From NCBI GenBank assembly GCA_019115005.1, contig DXEK01000137.1, forward strand, positions 1 through 62,612: 62,612 bases of DNA, given 5' to 3'. This stretch comes from Candidatus Fusicatenibacter merdavium. GTDB taxonomy: Bacteria > Bacillota > Clostridia > Lachnospirales > Lachnospiraceae. The position numbers and the translations under genes were made by a program. The first letter of the stretch is position 1. The number at the start of each line of letters is the position of its first letter. Under the pieces are notes generated by a model. It searched no databases. It saw nothing but the letters and a program-made list of their open reading frames with translations, and was not told the DNA's origin. This document shows, one piece after another, positions 58,861-62,612 of this stretch.

Positions 58861-59743
58861 GAAACAATTAAAGAAAAAAACAGAGCAGGTCAATGAGATA
58901 GTGATGCGTTATCTTCCGGAGGAGGAAGGTTTTCCGAAGCTTCTTCTGGAGGCAATGAATTACAGCATGCGTGCCGGCGGAAAGCGGATCCGCCCGCTGC
59001 TGATGCAGGAGACGTATCGCATGTTCGGGGGAAAATCTGATGTGGTGGAGCCTTTTATGGCGGCGATCGAAATGATCCATACCCACTCCCTGATCCATGA
59101 CGACCTCCCGGCGATCGACAATGACGAGTACCGCAGAGGAAGGAAGACAAACCATGCAGTCTACGGAGAAGCCATGGGCGTCCTGAGCGGAGACGCCCTT
59201 CTGAATTATGCTTATGAGACGGCATTGAAGGCGTTTGACTGCATAGGATCGAAGCGGGTGCCGGCGGCGCTGAAGATCCTTGCACACAAGACAGGTGCGT
59301 ACGGGATGCTGGGCGGCCAGAGCGTGGATGTGATGAATGAAAAACATTGCCGTACGCAGATCGACAGGACCATGCTTGATTATATTTATGAGAATAAGAC
59401 CTCTGCGCTGATCGAGTCGGCGATGATGGTTGGAGCGGTACTGGCGGGAGCTGAGGAACAGCAGGTCAGGAAGGTGGAACAGGCGGCGAAGCTGACCGGC
59501 CTTGCGTTCCAGATTCAGGATGATATCCTGGACGCGACGGGAACGACGGAGGAACTGGGAAAGCCGGCAGGCAGTGACGCGAAAAATGAGAAGACAACTT
59601 ATGTGACGCTGTTCGGAACGGAAGGTGCAAAATGCGAGGTGGATGCCTATACCCGGAAAGCCATGAAGCTGATGGATGAGTTGCCTGGAGAGCATGCGTT
59701 CCTCGATCGGCTTCTGCTTTGGCTTGCGTCCAGAAAAAAATAA
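58832..59743 (+). CDS. ispA: Farnesyl diphosphate synthase
   Basis: GGKRIRP, LIHDDLPAIDND, FQIQDDILD. Confidence 0.93.
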   Translation: MEQLQNLEFEKQLKKKTEQVNEIVMRYLPEEEGFPKLLLEAMNYSMRAGGKRIRPLLMQETYRMFGGKSDVVEPFMAAIEMIHTHSLIHDDLPAIDNDEYRRGRKTNHAVYGEAMGVLSGDALLNYAYETALKAFDCIGSKRVPAALKILAHKTGAYGMLGGQSVDVMNEKHCRTQIDRTMLDYIYENKTSALIESAMMVGAVLAGAEEQQVRKVEQAAKLTGLAFQIQDDILDATGTTEELGKPAGSDAKNEKTTYVTLFGTEGAKCEVDAYTRKAMKLMDELPGEHAFLDRLLLWLASRKK

Positions 59744-59802
59744 AATACACAGACCTGTCTGGACTGTTACGGAATAAGAGCATTTCGAAGGGAAATGATT
59801 TT

Positions 59803-61686
59803 ATGTTGGAAAAGATAAAAAAACCTAACGATATCAAAAAGATACCTGTGGAGCAGCTTCCGGAACTGGCGCAGGAAATCCGGGATTTCCTTGTGCAGAC
59901 TATGAGCAGAACTGGAGGCCATCTGGCCTCCAATCTTGGCGTTGTGGAGCTTACCATTGCGCTGCACTGTGTGTTTGATCTGCCCGGCGATAAGATGATC
60001 TGGGATGTAGGTCATCAGTCCTATACGCACAAGATCCTCACCGGGCGAAAGGATGCGTTTGAGAGTCTGCGTCAGGAAGGCGGCCTGAGCGGTTTCCCGA
60101 AACGGTCGGAGAGCGCCTGCGACGTGTTTGACACGGGACACAGTTCCACATCCATCTCGGCAGGAGTCGGTTTTGTGAGAGCGAGGGAGCTGAAAAAAGA
60201 AGATTATTCGGTGATCTCCATCATCGGTGATGGCGCTCTGACCGGCGGGATGGCGTATGAGGCGCTGAATAATGCGGCGGAGCTGAAGACCAATTTTATC
60301 ATCGTGCTCAACGACAATGAGATGTCTATCTCAAAAAATGTGGGAGGAATTTCTACTTACCTCAGCGGGATCCGCACAGCGGCGTCCTATACGGAGCTGA
60401 AGATGGGAGTCGCCCGGGCGCTGGAAAAAATCCCGAAAATCGGTCAGGGAATGGTGGATGCGGTCCGGAAGACAAAGAGTAGTATCAAACAGATTGTGAT
60501 CCCGGGCATGTTCTTTGAAGATATGGGGATCACTTATCTGGGACCGGTGGACGGCCATGACATTCCGCAGATGATCCGCACGTTTCAGGAAGCCAGGAGA
60601 TTTGAAGGACCGATCCTGGTGCATGTGCTGACCAGGAAAGGACAGGGCTACGAGCCGGCGCTGCGTCACCCGGCCAGGTTCCACGGGGCGGGGCCGTTTG
60701 AGATCGAGACGGGACTTCCCGCAACGAAAAGCAATGCGACCTACACAGACATTTTTTCCACGGTCATGCGGAAAATGGGCGACCGGGAACCGGATGTGGT
60801 GGCGGTGACAGCGGCGATGCCTACCGGCGTCGGGCTGAAGCGGTTTTCCAATATGTTTCCTTCCAGGTGCTTTGATGTGGGGATCGCAGAGGAACACGCG
60901 GTGACTTTTGCGGCGGGTCTGGCGCTTGGCGGCCTGATCCCGGTGGTTGCCATCTATTCGTCATTTCTCCAGAGAGCCTACGATCAGATCATGCACGACG
61001 TCTGTATGCAGGAACTGCATGTCGTGTTCGCCATCGACCGCGCCGGTCTGGTGGGATCGGACGGGGAGACGCATCATGGAATTTTTGACCTGTCTTATCT
61101 GAATTCCATGCCGAACATGACGGTGATGGCGCCGAAAAATCTCTGGGAGCTCTCGGATATGATGAAGTTTGCCGTGCATTTTGACGGGCCGATCGCGCTC
61201 CGCTATCCCCGGGGAGAGGCGTACACCGGGCTGGAAGAGCACCGGGAGCCGCTCTGTTGCGGAAAGGCGGAGGTTCTGGAGCGGGGAGAAAAGATCGCGC
61301 TTCTGGCCGTCGGCAATATGGTAAAAACAGCAGTCCGTGTGCGGGAACTGCTGATGGAACAGGGATATGATGTGACTCTGGTGAATATGCGTTTTGTCAA
61401 GCCTTTCGATACGGAACTGGTGACGGAACTGTCGCACAGCCATGAGCTTCTGGTGACGATGGAAGAAAATGTGCAAAGCGGCGGATTTGGCGAGCAGATC
61501 GCATCCTTTGTGCTGGAAGAAGAGCTTCCGGCCCGGGTACAGATCATCGCTCTGCCAGACCGGTTTGTGCGTCAGGGAAGCGTGGTGTCCCAGATGAAGG
61601 CGACGGGAATCGACGCGGACACGGTGGCCGCGAGGATTCTGGAGAAATATCAGAAAATGAAGGAAAGATTGGAGCAGAGCAGATGA
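59803..61686 (+). CDS. dxs: 1-deoxy-D-xylulose-5-phosphate synthase
   Basis: GGHLASNLG, WDVGHQ, GDGALTGG, DVGIAEEH, DRAGLVG. Confidence 0.97.
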   Translation: MLEKIKKPNDIKKIPVEQLPELAQEIRDFLVQTMSRTGGHLASNLGVVELTIALHCVFDLPGDKMIWDVGHQSYTHKILTGRKDAFESLRQEGGLSGFPKRSESACDVFDTGHSSTSISAGVGFVRARELKKEDYSVISIIGDGALTGGMAYEALNNAAELKTNFIIVLNDNEMSISKNVGGISTYLSGIRTAASYTELKMGVARALEKIPKIGQGMVDAVRKTKSSIKQIVIPGMFFEDMGITYLGPVDGHDIPQMIRTFQEARRFEGPILVHVLTRKGQGYEPALRHPARFHGAGPFEIETGLPATKSNATYTDIFSTVMRKMGDREPDVVAVTAAMPTGVGLKRFSNMFPSRCFDVGIAEEHAVTFAAGLALGGLIPVVAIYSSFLQRAYDQIMHDVCMQELHVVFAIDRAGLVGSDGETHHGIFDLSYLNSMPNMTVMAPKNLWELSDMMKFAVHFDGPIALRYPRGEAYTGLEEHREPLCCGKAEVLERGEKIALLAVGNMVKTAVRVRELLMEQGYDVTLVNMRFVKPFDTELVTELSHSHELLVTMEENVQSGGFGEQIASFVLEEELPARVQIIALPDRFVRQGSVVSQMKATGIDADTVAARILEKYQKMKERLEQSR

Positions 61687-62495
61687 AAGAGCGTTTGGAT
61701 GTGCTGCTGGTACAGAGAGGAATGGCCGCTTCCAGAGAGAAGGCAAAGGCCATGATCATGGCCGGCGAAATACTTGTGGACGGAGAGCGGGAGGATAAGG
61801 CCGGCTCCATGTTTCCGGATACGGTTACGATCACGCAGAAAGGCCGGCCGCTCCCTTATGTGAGCCGCGGCGGGCTGAAACTCGAAAAAGCGATGACTCA
61901 TTTCGGTCTCGATCTGAACGGGAAAATATGTATGGATGTGGGAGCCTCCACCGGAGGCTTTACCGACTGTATGCTGCAAAATGGCGCGGCGAAGGTGTAC
62001 GCGGTGGACGTAGGTCATGGTCAGCTGGACTGGAAACTGCGCAATGATGAGCGGGTGGTCTGTATGGAACGGACGAATATCCGCTACGTGACTCCGGAGG
62101 ATATCGGGGAGCCGGTACAGTTTGTGTCCATCGATGTCTCCTTTATTTCCCTGACCAAGGTGCTTCTGCCGGTGCGGAATCTGATGGCGGAGGATGCGCA
62201 GATGACGGCGCTGATCAAACCGCAGTTCGAGGCAGGCAGAGAAAAAGTAGGAAAAAAAGGTGTGGTGCGGGATCCTGCCGTCCACCTGGAAGTGATCTGG
62301 CAGGTGATCCGGTATGCCCAGAGTATTTCCTTTGGCGTGCGCCACCTGGAATTTTCTCCGATCAAGGGACCGGAGGGAAATATTGAATATCTGGTGCATC
62401 TGGTGAAACTTCCGGAAGGAACGATCGACGAAGAGGTGCCGGTGCAGCCGGAAGAGGTTGTCCGTCAGGCCCATGAAACATTAGGGAAACGCTGA
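61683..62495 (+). CDS. tlyA: TlyA family RNA methyltransferase
   Basis: S4 domain, YVSRGGLKL, GASTGGFTD, LIKPQFE; stop lies inside the IS end. Confidence 0.95.
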   Translation: MKERLDVLLVQRGMAASREKAKAMIMAGEILVDGEREDKAGSMFPDTVTITQKGRPLPYVSRGGLKLEKAMTHFGLDLNGKICMDVGASTGGFTDCMLQNGAAKVYAVDVGHGQLDWKLRNDERVVCMERTNIRYVTPEDIGEPVQFVSIDVSFISLTKVLLPVRNLMAEDAQMTALIKPQFEAGREKVGKKGVVRDPAVHLEVIWQVIRYAQSISFGVRHLEFSPIKGPEGNIEYLVHLVKLPEGTIDEEVPVQPEEVVRQAHETLGKR

Positions 62496-62612
62496 TTTAA
62501 TCAACACTTAACCTACCCATTTACCACAGCATACGGTATAATGTATGTATAAAAAATACTAAGGATGGTATATGGGTATGAAACAACAAACTTTTAGTGA
62601 CATTGAATATTC
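62485..62612 (+). mobile_element. IS5-family element, left end (truncated by the window)
   Basis: TTAG target at 62481-62484, terminal GGAAACGCTGATTTAA, drop in GC, ORF start MKQQTFSDIEY. Confidence 0.8.
62572..62612 (+). CDS. IS5-family transposase N-terminus (partial)
   Basis: MGMKQQTFSDIEY resembles the IS5-subgroup N-terminus (recognised from memory). Confidence 0.75.
   Translation, partial: MGMKQQTFSDIEY

Overview
Chromosomal segment of a Clostridia genome, about 50% GC by eye; Lachnospiraceae-like by gene order and protein families (inference). It is mostly housekeeping and metabolic: tRNA-Glu(CUC), PPK2, rpsF-rpsR, a feoAAB/flavodoxin iron operon, pdaA, an AAA/VWA pair, two ABC-F ATPases, ilvE, xth, a GlgX-like protein, LTA synthase, a Na/Pi cotransporter, rarA, nagB, prfC, sdaAB/AA, and asp23-thyX-nusB-xseAB-ispA-dxs-tlyA. 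The right end is an IS5-family insertion that supplies the tlyA stop codon; the left end may be another element terminus. The most interesting signals are non-coding. (1) Two tandem paralogous putative sRNA genes (about 221-655, minus strand) have identically spaced, 11-bp-phased promoter boxes and carry anti-start-codon and anti-Shine-Dalgarno segments either side of a hairpin. (2) A conserved two-hairpin module abuts the RBS of three unrelated genes. (3) A dispersed ~28-bp 11-6-11 palindrome has about 10 full copies and often supplies stop codons. Also seen: three genes with apparent internal deletions, ssb missing from rpsF-rpsR, a GlgX homologue lacking its catalytic residues, and putative DtxR-type and Pho-type operator sets. 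All calls come from reading the sequence; no searches were run.
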